A DNA stretch of 64,000 nt from Kiritimatiellia bacterium (GTDB lineage: Bacteria; Verrucomicrobiota; Kiritimatiellia; RFP12; UBA1067). Numbering within the stretch: the stretch's first letter is position 1; every line of letters begins with the position of its first letter. Shown here one piece after another: positions 10,212-19,155 of the stretch. Below the pieces are notes generated by a model. It worked only from the letters and a program-made list of their open reading frames with translations, made no database searches and had not been told where the DNA came from. Both the position numbers and the translations under genes were made by a program. The stretch is from assembly GCA_045656225.1 (NCBI GenBank), contig JAZOQU010000001.1:19466-83465 (forward strand). Direction: 5' to 3'.

Positions 10212-11240
10212 ATGATCACACAAACATCCATCAGCTACTATGGTCTTAACTATGTCGAACACGCCGAGGCGGACTTCAAGGAAATGAAGGCGCACGGAGT
10301 CACCCAGGTGATTCTCGCCGTAACGGAATTCGACTTTGATTTCTGGCGTCCGAATATTCCCGCCATCGTCGCCAAGGCGCATGAACTCGGTCTTCGCGTT
10401 CTTATCGATCCGTGGGGCAACGGCAAGTACTTCGGCGGAGAGCAGGTCTCGAAGTTCCTTCAGGACAATGTCGAGAACCGCCAGGTTTCGGCGCTCACGG
10501 GCGAAAAGCTTCCCTACGCCTGCTTCAATACCAACAGCTATCGCGATTACTTCAAGAATTTCTGCGTAACCCTCGCTCGCGAATGCAAACCCGACGGCTT
10601 TTTCTGGGACGAGCCTCACTACGCATTCCCGAAGGGCATCGCGTCGATTACGGGCGGTGTCGCCGACGACTGGACATGCTACTGCCCCGTCTGCCGCAAG
10701 CGCTTTGAGGATTACTATGGCTATCCGATGCCCAAGTACATGACGAACGATGTTAAACTCTTCCGTTGGCGCGAGGCGCTCGTCGTTCTTTCCGATACAT
10801 CCAAGGCGCTCAAGGAGGTTGATCCCAATCTCGAAATCACCTGCTGCGTACATGCTACGCAGAACGGCTACTATGTTTCTGAATATCGCGGCTACGACAA
10901 CTGGGACATGGTCGGCGAGTGCCCCTACTTCGACGTTTTCTCAACGACGATCGTCAATTGGGCGCTTCCCGAGGATTTCTACCGCGACATCACCGAGCGC
11001 ACAGTCGCCATCGCCAAGAAGTACGGCAAGAAGTCCGAGCGCTGGCTCATGGGCTACTACAAGCAGCCCAAGGATTTCGCCCAAGTCGCCAAGTGGGTTG
11101 ACATTGCGCGTGATGCCGGCGTTGACCGTCTTGCTGCGTGGACGTACCGCGGCGGCTACGGCACTGTGGTCGGCGCGCCCGATGCGCTCAAGCTCTGGGA
11201 TACGATCGGCGAGAACTATAACCGGGTCCTGGAAAAGTGA
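10212..11240 (+). CDS. TIM-barrel glycoside-hydrolase-like protein (family uncertain)
   Basis: The alternating beta/alpha pattern looks like a barrel (GVTQVILAV, GLRVLIDPWG, DGFFWDEPHY). There is a Cys cluster CYCPVCRKRF like the zinc site of some GH42-type barrels. No search was done. Confidence 0.45.
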   Translation: MITQTSISYYGLNYVEHAEADFKEMKAHGVTQVILAVTEFDFDFWRPNIPAIVAKAHELGLRVLIDPWGNGKYFGGEQVSKFLQDNVENRQVSALTGEKLPYACFNTNSYRDYFKNFCVTLARECKPDGFFWDEPHYAFPKGIASITGGVADDWTCYCPVCRKRFEDYYGYPMPKYMTNDVKLFRWREALVVLSDTSKALKEVDPNLEITCCVHATQNGYYVSEYRGYDNWDMVGECPYFDVFSTTIVNWALPEDFYRDITERTVAIAKKYGKKSERWLMGYYKQPKDFAQVAKWVDIARDAGVDRLAAWTYRGGYGTVVGAPDALKLWDTIGENYNRVLEK

Positions 11241-12085
11241 ACAGAGTTCCGACAGCGTCTTTCGGAGTGCTGCTGGCTATGGCATGCTTGGCCGCTCCGG
11301 AAGATAATACGGCAAAGTCGATGCAGATTGCTGCGGAGCGACTGGGTGCGAAAAATGCCTTTGAGGTCGCTCGTGCGGTGACAGAGGCGAAGGTATGGAA
11401 CGGTGCGGATGGCGGTACGCTTCCGTACCGGCTTCATGTTCCGGCGACTCTCGATCGCGCCCGTCGTTACCCGATGGTTGTCCATATGCACGGTGCCGGA
11501 TCGCGCGGCACGAACAATCTCGATCAGATCCGCACCGGAGGTGCAGATTTCATCTCATGGGCGACTCGACGCGGTGAGGAATATGTGTTTGTAGCGCCTC
11601 AATGCCCTTTGAACGCCAAATGGGTGGATTCTCCGTGGGGTGCCAGGCAGAGCATAATGAAAGAGTCTCCGACACCGCATCTCAAGATGGCGATGGAGTT
11701 GCTTGACGATATCATGAAACGCTATCCGGTTGATAGGAATCGCGTATATATCATGGGTATTTCGATGGGCGGCTATGCCACTTGGGAGTTGCTTCAGCGT
11801 CGCCCCGGCATGTTTGCGGCTGCATTGCCGTGTTGCGGCGGCGGCGATGAGAAATTGGCCGATCGTCTTGCGGATGTTGCGGTGTGGGCGTTTCATGGGG
11901 CGAAGGACGGCGTTGTGCCGGTATGCCGTTCGCGCAATATGGTCGAAGCGATGAAATCGGCTGGGAATCGTTCGGTTCGCTATACGGAATACGCGTCGCG
12001 CGCCCACAATGTTTGGACGCCGGCCTTTGGTGACGCGGCGGTTTTTGAATGGCTTTTTGAGCAACGAAAGACAGGAGATAAATAA
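11237..12085 (+). CDS. secreted alpha/beta-hydrolase esterase (carbohydrate-esterase-like)
   Basis: The GTG start overlaps the upstream stop (GTGA). The N-terminus is signal-like, there is a GxSxG nucleophile elbow (GISMGGYATW), and HGAKDGVVP and a His lie near the C-terminus. Confidence 0.7.
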   Translation: MNRVPTASFGVLLAMACLAAPEDNTAKSMQIAAERLGAKNAFEVARAVTEAKVWNGADGGTLPYRLHVPATLDRARRYPMVVHMHGAGSRGTNNLDQIRTGGADFISWATRRGEEYVFVAPQCPLNAKWVDSPWGARQSIMKESPTPHLKMAMELLDDIMKRYPVDRNRVYIMGISMGGYATWELLQRRPGMFAAALPCCGGGDEKLADRLADVAVWAFHGAKDGVVPVCRSRNMVEAMKSAGNRSVRYTEYASRAHNVWTPAFGDAAVFEWLFEQRKTGDK

Positions 12086-12786
12086 TGAAAGAGTATCTTG
12101 ATGAAATCACTGCATTGTTGGGCAAAATCAACAATGAAGAGTCGTCGGCGATCGAAAGTGCCGCGCAGGCGGTTGCGGATGTGATATGCAATGACGCGCT
12201 GGTTCACATTTTCGGCTGCGGTCACTCACATCTCGTGGCGCTCGATACGTTCTATCGCGCAGGCGGGCTTGCTTGCGTCTCGGCGCTTCTTGACGAGGAT
12301 CTCATGCTTCACGACGGCGCCGCGAAGTCGAGCCGCATGGAGAAAATGCCCGGCGTCGGTGCGGAGGTGTATCGCCGCCACGCCGTAAAGCCGGGCGATC
12401 TCGTTGTGGTCATCTCCGCGAGCGGCAAGAACGCGGCTCCCGTTGAAGTTCTGCGCGCGGCCAAGGCGGCCGGCGTCAAGACGGTTGCGATATCATCTTC
12501 GGCATACACGGCAAAGGGCGGCGTTCTTCTTGCCGAGGCCGATATCGGCATCGACAGCAAGGTCGCCTACGGCGATGCCATCATCCCCGTCGGCGATGCG
12601 TTCATGGGCGGGATGTCCACGTTCGCGGGGCTTTTCATCCTCAATTCCATGCTGATCGATGGCGCCCGCAAGGCGCACGCACGCGGCACCGTTCCGCCGA
12701 TCTACAGAAGCGGCAACGTCGAGGGCGGCACTGCCGGAAATGCGCTTTTGGAGGCGCGCTACTTCGATCGCATAAAGAGGCTCTGA
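12085..12786 (+). CDS. SIS (phosphosugar-binding/isomerase) domain protein
   Basis: Single SIS-fold motifs are present (HIFGCGHSHLVA, VVVISASGKNAAPVE). The start overlaps the upstream stop by 1 nt. Confidence 0.7.
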   Translation: MKEYLDEITALLGKINNEESSAIESAAQAVADVICNDALVHIFGCGHSHLVALDTFYRAGGLACVSALLDEDLMLHDGAAKSSRMEKMPGVGAEVYRRHAVKPGDLVVVISASGKNAAPVEVLRAAKAAGVKTVAISSSAYTAKGGVLLAEADIGIDSKVAYGDAIIPVGDAFMGGMSTFAGLFILNSMLIDGARKAHARGTVPPIYRSGNVEGGTAGNALLEARYFDRIKRL

Positions 12787-13613
12787 TGATGGCTAAAGTC
12801 GTTGTGATAGGCGCGGTCGGAAAGTCCGTTTCAATGGATGTGGAGAACTTCCACGTAGGTGGCGAGACAATCTTCGCAAAGAGCGCCCACATGGAGTTCG
12901 GCGGCAAGGGCTTCAACCGCGCCGTCGCCTCGGCGCGGCAGGATGTGGAGACGGTCTTCATTGCCGCCTGTGGCGCCGAAGACGCCAAGGAGATTGAAGA
13001 GCTTTTCGCGGCGGAAAATGCGCGTGCACTTTTGGTCAAGCGCGAAGGCGAGAAGTCCGATTTCGCTTCGATAATCACCGATGCCGCAGGCACCACGCAC
13101 GTTACGGTCTTTCAGGGCGCGGCGCTCAAGGCGGATGACGTTTCCTCGTTTGCAGACGAGATCGCTTCCGCCTCGGCAGTCGTTCTCGACAACGAAATCC
13201 CCGAGGAGGTTAATGTGGCGGCGGCGGAGATCGCATCTGCGCATGGCGTCAAGGTGATCCTAAATCCCGCTCCCCAGCGTCCGCTCGGCGCGAGAATCAT
13301 GGAGCTGGTGGACATCTACACCCCGAACGAATTCGAAACCGAAGGGCTTGAAAACGTCCGCGGCGAAGTCGTAGGGACGCTTGGCGCGAAGGGCTGTGTA
13401 ATCCGCTCCTCCGGTGTCGTGGTCCCTCCGGTCGATCATGGCAAGAGTGTCGACACGACCGGAGCTGGCGATACGTTCAACGGCGTTCTCGCCGCCCGTC
13501 TTGCCGAAGGCGAGGCGCTTGAGGCGGCCTGTCTTGCGGCTAATGACGCGGCTGGATACGAGGTAACGGTCCGTTACGTCCTTCCGGCGATTCCTCGGAG
13601 GAACAAAATTTAA
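12786..13613 (+). CDS. PfkB-family carbohydrate kinase (ribokinase-like)
   Basis: PfkB signature DTTGAGDTFNGVLAARL. The N-terminus is a GG-type sugar lid (FGGKGFNRA). The start overlaps the upstream stop. Confidence 0.8.
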   Translation: MMAKVVVIGAVGKSVSMDVENFHVGGETIFAKSAHMEFGGKGFNRAVASARQDVETVFIAACGAEDAKEIEELFAAENARALLVKREGEKSDFASIITDAAGTTHVTVFQGAALKADDVSSFADEIASASAVVLDNEIPEEVNVAAAEIASAHGVKVILNPAPQRPLGARIMELVDIYTPNEFETEGLENVRGEVVGTLGAKGCVIRSSGVVVPPVDHGKSVDTTGAGDTFNGVLAARLAEGEALEAACLAANDAAGYEVTVRYVLPAIPRRNKI

Positions 13614-13635
13614 TAATAGAACAAGGAGAAAAAGT

Positions 13636-15153
13636 ATGAAAAAATTGACACTGTGTATCATAGCGCTAGCAGCGAGCCTGACAGCCGCTTTCGGCGCGGC
13701 GGCTTTTAAGCAGGATTTTAAAATGGACACATCTTCGTACGTGCCGTTTGATGCGGCTACTACGCTGACGCTTGAGTGCCCCGATCCAGAAGGCGCGAAG
13801 TGGATTAAGGCGCATTTCGCAGAGTGGTTCGGTAATGCCGCTCCGAAGGTTGTGGAGGGTAAAACGGAGCTTTCGCTCCCCGAGACTCCCGCTGACGCGA
13901 AAGCCGACAGGCAGATTGCCACATATGACGAGGCGTATGCCGCCAAGGTCGACGCTTCCGGCGTTAAAATTAAGGCTCGCACTCTCGCAGGCGTCAGATG
14001 GGCGTGCAATACCTTAAGGCAGCTCGCAATCGCAAAGCGTGGGACGCTCAAGGTAGAGGGTCGTCTTCTTCCCGAGCTTACAATCATCGATAAACCTCAT
14101 CTCGCATTCCGTGCGGTGCATCTCTGCTGGTTCCCCGAGACGCGCGGTGAGCAGATCGAACGCGCAATTCGCTTAGCCGCGCTTTTAAAGTTTAACTATG
14201 CGATTATAGAGCCTTGGGGAACCTACAGGAGCGAGAAACATCCGTGGTTCGCGTGGCCTGACGCTCCTCTTGGTAAGGCGGAAGTTAAGCGCCTCGTCGC
14301 GATCGGCAAAGATCTCGGCATAACGCTCATTCCTCAACTCAACTGTTACGGCCATGCCTCCTTTGCTCGCAGTTCGTCCAAGAAGCATTCAACGCTCGAT
14401 ATAAATCCGGACTACGAGCCGCTCTTCGAGCCGGGCGGATGGGTGTGGTGTATCATGAATCCCGAGACGCAGCGCGTTCTGCGCGAAATTATCGCCGAGA
14501 TGCATGAAGATTTCGGAAATCCTCCTTATTTCCATATCGGATGCGATGAGGCATTCGGCGCACAGAAATGCCCCCTTTGCGTTAAAGGCTCGCACTCTGA
14601 GCAGCTCCTCGCTCATCTCAACGGGCTTTCCGATTTTGTAAAATCCCGCGGAGCTCGCGCGATGATGTGGCATGATATGCTTCTTGATAAAACCGATCCG
14701 AAGTGGAAGAACTTTGTGAAATTCGGCTCTAAGGAATCCGCGTCGATCGTGGATCGCCTTTCTCGTGATCTTATAATCTGCGACTGGCAGTATTCCTACG
14801 GCAATATGAAGGAGACTCGCAAGGATTGGCCCACCATCGGATACTTCAAAGAGAAGGGCTTTCCTGTGGCGGGCTGTCCGTGGATGAACTACAACTCCAT
14901 GAAGCCGATGGCCGACTACCTCGTGGCGAACGACTGTTTCGGATTCATCGAGACTACATGGCACCGTCTGCGCGGGAAGGCGTGGGAGAATATGTTTAAG
15001 TCCGCCGCCCACGCCGCGTGGGGATCTCCTGTATCGCACGGCGTATCGTTCGAGCGCTCGCTCAGGCTTGTCAGCAGGGATATGAAGATAAAGAATTATC
15101 TTGATACCGGTTATATCAATTATCAGATTCCGCCGTCTTACAATGGCGATTGA
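13636..15153 (+). CDS. GH20-like beta-N-acetylhexosaminidase-family protein, secreted
   Basis: An AAGGAG Shine-Dalgarno sequence and a signal peptide are present. The barrel start is GH20-like (FRAVHLCWFPE..LLKFNYAIIEPWG) and the catalytic-region motif is FHIGCDEA. Confidence 0.55.
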   Translation: MKKLTLCIIALAASLTAAFGAAAFKQDFKMDTSSYVPFDAATTLTLECPDPEGAKWIKAHFAEWFGNAAPKVVEGKTELSLPETPADAKADRQIATYDEAYAAKVDASGVKIKARTLAGVRWACNTLRQLAIAKRGTLKVEGRLLPELTIIDKPHLAFRAVHLCWFPETRGEQIERAIRLAALLKFNYAIIEPWGTYRSEKHPWFAWPDAPLGKAEVKRLVAIGKDLGITLIPQLNCYGHASFARSSSKKHSTLDINPDYEPLFEPGGWVWCIMNPETQRVLREIIAEMHEDFGNPPYFHIGCDEAFGAQKCPLCVKGSHSEQLLAHLNGLSDFVKSRGARAMMWHDMLLDKTDPKWKNFVKFGSKESASIVDRLSRDLIICDWQYSYGNMKETRKDWPTIGYFKEKGFPVAGCPWMNYNSMKPMADYLVANDCFGFIETTWHRLRGKAWENMFKSAAHAAWGSPVSHGVSFERSLRLVSRDMKIKNYLDTGYINYQIPPSYNGD

Positions 15154-15192
15154 TACGTGATAAAAAAAGTTTAAATCTAAAAGGAATAAAAA

Positions 15193-15945
15193 ATGAACCT
15201 GAAAAAGATGAACAAAGGGCTCGACTTCCTGCGCGAGAAATACACTGCGGCGAAGGGCGAGATTACTCTGAAGGACGGCCATTGCTACGTCGGTGCTGTG
15301 CCGCTTCTCCCCGGACGTATGGAGCGCAAAATCGTCGAACTTAAAAAGATGACGGAGAATGGAACGCTCGAAGGCGTATCCACGCTCCGCTTCGCGGCGT
15401 TCGTTCCGAAAGGTGCGGATGTTAAGGAAGTCCTCGCCAAGGAGCTTGATCTTGCCGCCTATCTCGGAGCGTCGGACGTAGTCCGCGTCATGGCGGCCGG
15501 CAACGACAATGCGATCAATGTTCTTGCGAAGCTCGCTAACGATGTGAATGTTTCCGTCGAGGTCGCGGCTTCTCTTCCTAAGGGCGAGGTAGCGTTCGAC
15601 CGCCATGAGATTATCGCCAAGCGCGGAGTCGCTTGCGATCAGACGGTCGATACTCATACGCCTCACGCTTCCATCCGCTGCTATGGCGCGAAGGGTGCGA
15701 TAGAGTATACGGATGTCGATACGGAGCTTTTCGGCCTTACGTACGAAGAAATCTGGAACGTCCGCGCGGCGTTCGCGCTTCTTCAGAAGCGTGCCGACGC
15801 CAAGGTCTGGAAGGCGGCGTGGGGTAAGGCCGTAAAGGCGGCGGATCTGGCGTTCAAAGCCGACAAGTCAAAGGCGGCGAAAACGATAGCGGTTAAAGCC
15901 GGGCTTGACACGAACCAGTCGATCAAAGTAGCGGAGGTGAGATAA
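15193..15945 (+). CDS. hypothetical protein, translationally coupled to the following oxidoreductase
   Basis: Codon usage matches the neighbours and the stop overlaps the next ATG (TAATG). I did not recognise any motif. Confidence 0.5.
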   Translation: MNLKKMNKGLDFLREKYTAAKGEITLKDGHCYVGAVPLLPGRMERKIVELKKMTENGTLEGVSTLRFAAFVPKGADVKEVLAKELDLAAYLGASDVVRVMAAGNDNAINVLAKLANDVNVSVEVAASLPKGEVAFDRHEIIAKRGVACDQTVDTHTPHASIRCYGAKGAIEYTDVDTELFGLTYEEIWNVRAAFALLQKRADAKVWKAAWGKAVKAADLAFKADKSKAAKTIAVKAGLDTNQSIKVAEVR

Positions 15946-17021
15946 TGAAACCAGTTAAAATTGCAATGATGGGAATGACACACGGTCATACCCGCAAGTA
16001 CTATCAGACACTTCTTGACAATAAAAAACTCGATTGGATCGCTTCATGCGCCCAGGATGAGGATGCGAAGAAGACATACGAGCTTTATCAGACGGGCGTC
16101 CCGTGCTATCTCGATCCTGAGGAGATGTACGAAAAGCATCCCGACATTGAAGCTGTCGTAATCGCTTCCGCGAACGACAAGCATTTCGAGCAGATGAAGT
16201 GGTGCGCCGAGAAGGGTATCCATATTCTCTCGATGAAGATTCCCACGTTTGATATGGCCGAGTACGACGCCATGATTGAGATGTGCGACAAGGCCGGCAT
16301 CGTCTGCCAGATCGAGCTTGAAATGCACTATAATTCCGTCGTCCGCCGTTTGAAGAAGCTTATCGCCGACGGCGCGATCGGAAAGATCAAGTCGTTCCAG
16401 GCTACGAATATCACGCTCTCTCCTGTGTGGGCGTTCCCGTGGCAGGGAGACCCCAAGGCGAGCTTCGGCAAGGTTGAGCGTCTTAAGAAGGGCGATGAGC
16501 GCTTTAAGGGCGGAGCCTTGTGCGACCATCCCCATGTCTTCGATTTGATCCGTCATTTAACCGGTAGCTCGTTCGACTACATTTATGCCGAGGTCGCACC
16601 GAACCTACGCGACGGGCTCAAGGTTGAGGATATGCTTATGGCTGTCGGCAAGATGAAGGACGGGACGGCGTTTCTCTTCGATCCGAGCTGGTCTCGTTTG
16701 GAAGAGAAGCTTAAAGTCCCGGGCCCTGGCTGGGAGCGCTTCCCGAAACGCATGGAGGTAAATGTCACCATCACGGGCGAGAAGGGCATGATCACCTGCG
16801 ACTGCTTCGGTCCGAACGTTTACCACAACGGCGCTCCGAACGACCGCTACACGGTGCAGTACACGTACTTCGACGAATGGATCGGACTTATCGACGAATT
16901 TGTCGACTGCATCCGCAACAAAAAGACTCCGCTCATCAATCTCAAATGGCACAAGGAGTCCATCCAGGCGATGCTCGGCTGCTATGAATCTATCGAATCT
17001 GGCAAGATTGCGAAGATTTAA
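15945..17021 (+). CDS. Gfo/Idh/MocA-family oxidoreductase
   Basis: The N-terminal Rossmann-like strand is MKPVKIAMMGMTHGH. The typical IASANDKHFE..AEKGIHILSMKIP (EKP-like) region is present. Confidence 0.8.
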   Translation: MKPVKIAMMGMTHGHTRKYYQTLLDNKKLDWIASCAQDEDAKKTYELYQTGVPCYLDPEEMYEKHPDIEAVVIASANDKHFEQMKWCAEKGIHILSMKIPTFDMAEYDAMIEMCDKAGIVCQIELEMHYNSVVRRLKKLIADGAIGKIKSFQATNITLSPVWAFPWQGDPKASFGKVERLKKGDERFKGGALCDHPHVFDLIRHLTGSSFDYIYAEVAPNLRDGLKVEDMLMAVGKMKDGTAFLFDPSWSRLEEKLKVPGPGWERFPKRMEVNVTITGEKGMITCDCFGPNVYHNGAPNDRYTVQYTYFDEWIGLIDEFVDCIRNKKTPLINLKWHKESIQAMLGCYESIESGKIAKI

Positions 17022-17024
17022 CGA

Positions 17025-17335
17025 GAGGGATGAGAAAAGAGTGATTAGTCGTTAGTGGTTAGGGGTAGGTGTAGAGAGGAGTTAGGGGTCAGGGGTTAGG
17101 AGTTAGGTGAAGGTGAAGAGTGGATATTTTTTTTCTACCGCTACCGCTAACGACTAACCCCTAACCCCTACCGCTACCGCTTTTCTCTACAACAAACTCT
17201 GAACTCGAACTCTCGCCTCTCTTCACCTTCACCTTTAACCTTCACCTCTCTCTATCCTAATCTCTGACTCCTAACCCCTAACCCCTAACTCTCATCCCTC
17301 ATCTCCCATCTCTTATCTCTCATCTCCCCTCTCCC
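17025..17335. repeat. composite palindromic element built from heptamer-like words (REP/MITE-like)
   Basis: There is a perfect 10-nt terminal inverted repeat, GAGGGATGAG at 17025-17034 and CTCATCCCTC at 17291-17300. The inner arm 17079-17120 (gagttaggggtcaggggttaggagttaggtgaaggtgaagag) is complementary to 17219-17291. Tandem CCCTAAC and CCTTCAC heptamers are present. Confidence 0.7.
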
Positions 17336-17341
17336 AAAAAA

Positions 17342-17350
17342 TGCTATAAT
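17342..17350 (+). promoter_or_regulatory. extended -10 promoter (TGcTATAAT), leaderless-type
   Basis: The hexamer ends at 17350. The ATG at 17358 follows after 7 nt with no Shine-Dalgarno sequence. Confidence 0.55.
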
Positions 17351-17357
17351 ATCCAAT

Positions 17358-18917
17358 ATGGAAAAGATAGCGACAGATATTTATACGTTTGAGAAGCTCC
17401 GTAAGAACGGCTTTACGTACGTTGATAAGACGGACGAACTTTATGCTATGGCGTCGGGCGATATCGGAAGTCAGTTTTTTATCGCCCGTCCCCGCCGGTT
17501 CGGTAAGTCGCTTGCGGTTTCCACATTGAAGTCGCTGTTCCAAGGGGAGCGCGAACTTTTCGCCGGGCTTAAAATCGAGCCTAAATGGGATTGGTCGAAG
17601 AAGTGGCCTGTTTTGCATCTTGATATGGGAAGCGCCCAGACAACGACTGTTGCCGAATTGCAAAAGCGTTGGAGGACTATCCTTCGGAACGAATGTGTAC
17701 GCAACGAAATTCCGTTTCGTGACGACGAAAATCCTGCGACTGCGTTTGAGAATACGCTTAATGATTTTGCCGCGAAGTCTGCCGACGGACAGATGGTCTT
17801 ATTGATAGACGAGTACGACAAGCCGCTTTTGGGGCATTTGATGAAAAGTGACGTCACGGAGTTTCGCGATGCTTTGAAAGCGTTCTACTCTGTCGTCAAG
17901 ACGCTTGAATCGAAGCAGCGCTTTACGTTTTTGACGGGAGTATCTAAATTTTCGAAGGTATCGATTTTCTCCGACTTGAATAACCTCAAGGACTGGACGA
18001 TGCACACGAAAGCGGCAACGCTTTTCGGCTATACCCATGATGAGGTATTGAAGTATTTCCCGGGCCTCATTCATGAACTGGCAGAAGTGAACGGTTTAAC
18101 GGATGAAGAGGCGTTCGGGGAGATTATAGAGTGGTATGACGGGTATAAGTTCCACCCTGCCGGAGAGAGGGTGATAAACCCTGTGTCTCTTGGCTGTTGT
18201 TTTGACAGGAACGAATTCAACAACTACTGGTCCACTACCGCGATGCCGACGTTTCTTCTTGACATCCTGCGCAAGAAGCCCCTCGACTTCTCTCGCATCG
18301 ACATATCGGACACGGAACTCGGGAACTATGAGCCGTCCAATCCGCGTGACACAACGCTTCTGTACCAGACCGGCTATCTGACGATTTCCGGCTTTCGGAA
18401 CATCGGCGGCTCGCGTCTGTTTACGCTCGACTTCCCGAATCGCGAGGTGCGTGAGTCGTTCCTGCACGATCTCGCGCCTGTCTATTCGGGGCTTCGTGAG
18501 GATCAGGCAAGCTCGGCGCAGATTGCGGCAATTACCGCGCTCTACGATCATGATGTCCCGAAGTTCATGAAGGCTCTTAGGACTTTCTTCTCGAACATCC
18601 CCTATAGTCTGACCGATCGCCAGAACGAGCAGATGTGGCAGACGATTGTTTATGTTGTTTTGCGTCTTATCGGCGTAAGCGCTCAAGGGGAGGTTGAGAC
18701 TAATGACGGTCGCATTGATCTTGTCGCGAAGACGCCTGATGATATTTACATTATTGAGTTTAAGCTTGATAAGCCGGCCTCGGAGGCGATGGAGCAGATA
18801 AAGGGTAAGGACTATGCGGGTAAGTACGCGCTTTCGGGTAAGCGCTTAACGCTTATCGGTATATCCTTCTCGTCCGAAAAGCGTACCATCGTCGAGGAGT
18901 TGGTGGAGATTGTTTGA
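17358..18917 (+). CDS. AAA-ATPase-like plus PD-(D/E)XK nuclease-like protein (PF09820/PF08011-type architecture)
   Basis: The N-terminus is typical of this family (FEKLRKNGFTYVDKTDELY..FFIARPRRFGKSL). The C-terminal part has a nuclease-like core (GRIDLVAKTPDDIYIIEFKLDK). Confidence 0.8.
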   Translation: MEKIATDIYTFEKLRKNGFTYVDKTDELYAMASGDIGSQFFIARPRRFGKSLAVSTLKSLFQGERELFAGLKIEPKWDWSKKWPVLHLDMGSAQTTTVAELQKRWRTILRNECVRNEIPFRDDENPATAFENTLNDFAAKSADGQMVLLIDEYDKPLLGHLMKSDVTEFRDALKAFYSVVKTLESKQRFTFLTGVSKFSKVSIFSDLNNLKDWTMHTKAATLFGYTHDEVLKYFPGLIHELAEVNGLTDEEAFGEIIEWYDGYKFHPAGERVINPVSLGCCFDRNEFNNYWSTTAMPTFLLDILRKKPLDFSRIDISDTELGNYEPSNPRDTTLLYQTGYLTISGFRNIGGSRLFTLDFPNREVRESFLHDLAPVYSGLREDQASSAQIAAITALYDHDVPKFMKALRTFFSNIPYSLTDRQNEQMWQTIVYVVLRLIGVSAQGEVETNDGRIDLVAKTPDDIYIIEFKLDKPASEAMEQIKGKDYAGKYALSGKRLTLIGISFSSEKRTIVEELVEIV

Positions 18918-19026
18918 GAGATGAGAGATGAGGAGGAACTTGAACTCTCTTCATCTTCACCTTTTACCTTCACCTCTTTACCCTTTACTCCTTACCCTTT
19001 ACTCTTTACTCATCCCTCATCCCCCT
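18918..19026. repeat. second, shorter copy of the palindromic heptamer element
   Basis: The termini GATGAGAGATGA (18920-18931) and TCATCCCTCATC (19010-19021) are inverted with 11/12 complementarity. The interior holds cttcatcttcaccttttaccttcacctct plus CTTTAC(C/T) heptamers, collinear with 17201-17306. Confidence 0.65.
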
Positions 19027-19028
19027 CG

Positions 19029-19067
19029 TGACAGTTTTTTGCAATTGGCCCTGACAGGAATTTGCAA
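19029..19067 (+). promoter_or_regulatory. tandem direct repeat TGACAG-N5-TTGCAA, two copies with 23-nt period; possible operator
   Basis: The copies are tgacagttttttgcaa (19029-19044) and tgacaggaatttgcaa (19052-19067). They sit just upstream of an extended -10 element. Confidence 0.35.
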
Positions 19068-19116
19068 CAATTTCGCCCCATGAGTTTTTATAGCTTAAGT
19101 TTTCTATGGGATGTTA

Positions 19117-19125
19117 TGTTATAAT
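19117..19125 (+). promoter_or_regulatory. extended -10 promoter (TGtTATAAT)
   Basis: It lies in an AT-rich spacer, 31 nt upstream of a GGAGG-led small ORF. Confidence 0.45.
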
Positions 19126-19155
19126 ATAATTCGTATAAAATCATTGGAGGCTGTT

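Noticed and set aside
14389-15666. 425-aa minus-strand ORF
   Set aside because: It is an antisense shadow spanning the GH20-like gene and the next gene. It has no motif, and the + strand genes have Shine-Dalgarno sequences and family motifs.
17079-17291. Telomere-like GTTAGGG/CCCTAAC repeats as chromosome ends or eukaryotic contamination
   Set aside because: Only 2-3 units occur per array. They are interstitial between ordinary bacterial genes and embedded in inverted-repeat elements, and the flanking genes are continuous.
17025-19026. CRISPR array
   Set aside because: The repeat units are 7-30 nt simple words without regularly sized unique spacers, and no cas genes are present.
19029-19067. 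Possible sigma-54 (-24/-12) promoter in TGACAG-N5-TTGCAA
   Set aside because: The -24 element has GA instead of the invariant GG, and the spacing to the GC is one nt short of the TGGCAC-N5-TTGCA consensus, in both copies. I kept it only as a direct-repeat operator candidate.
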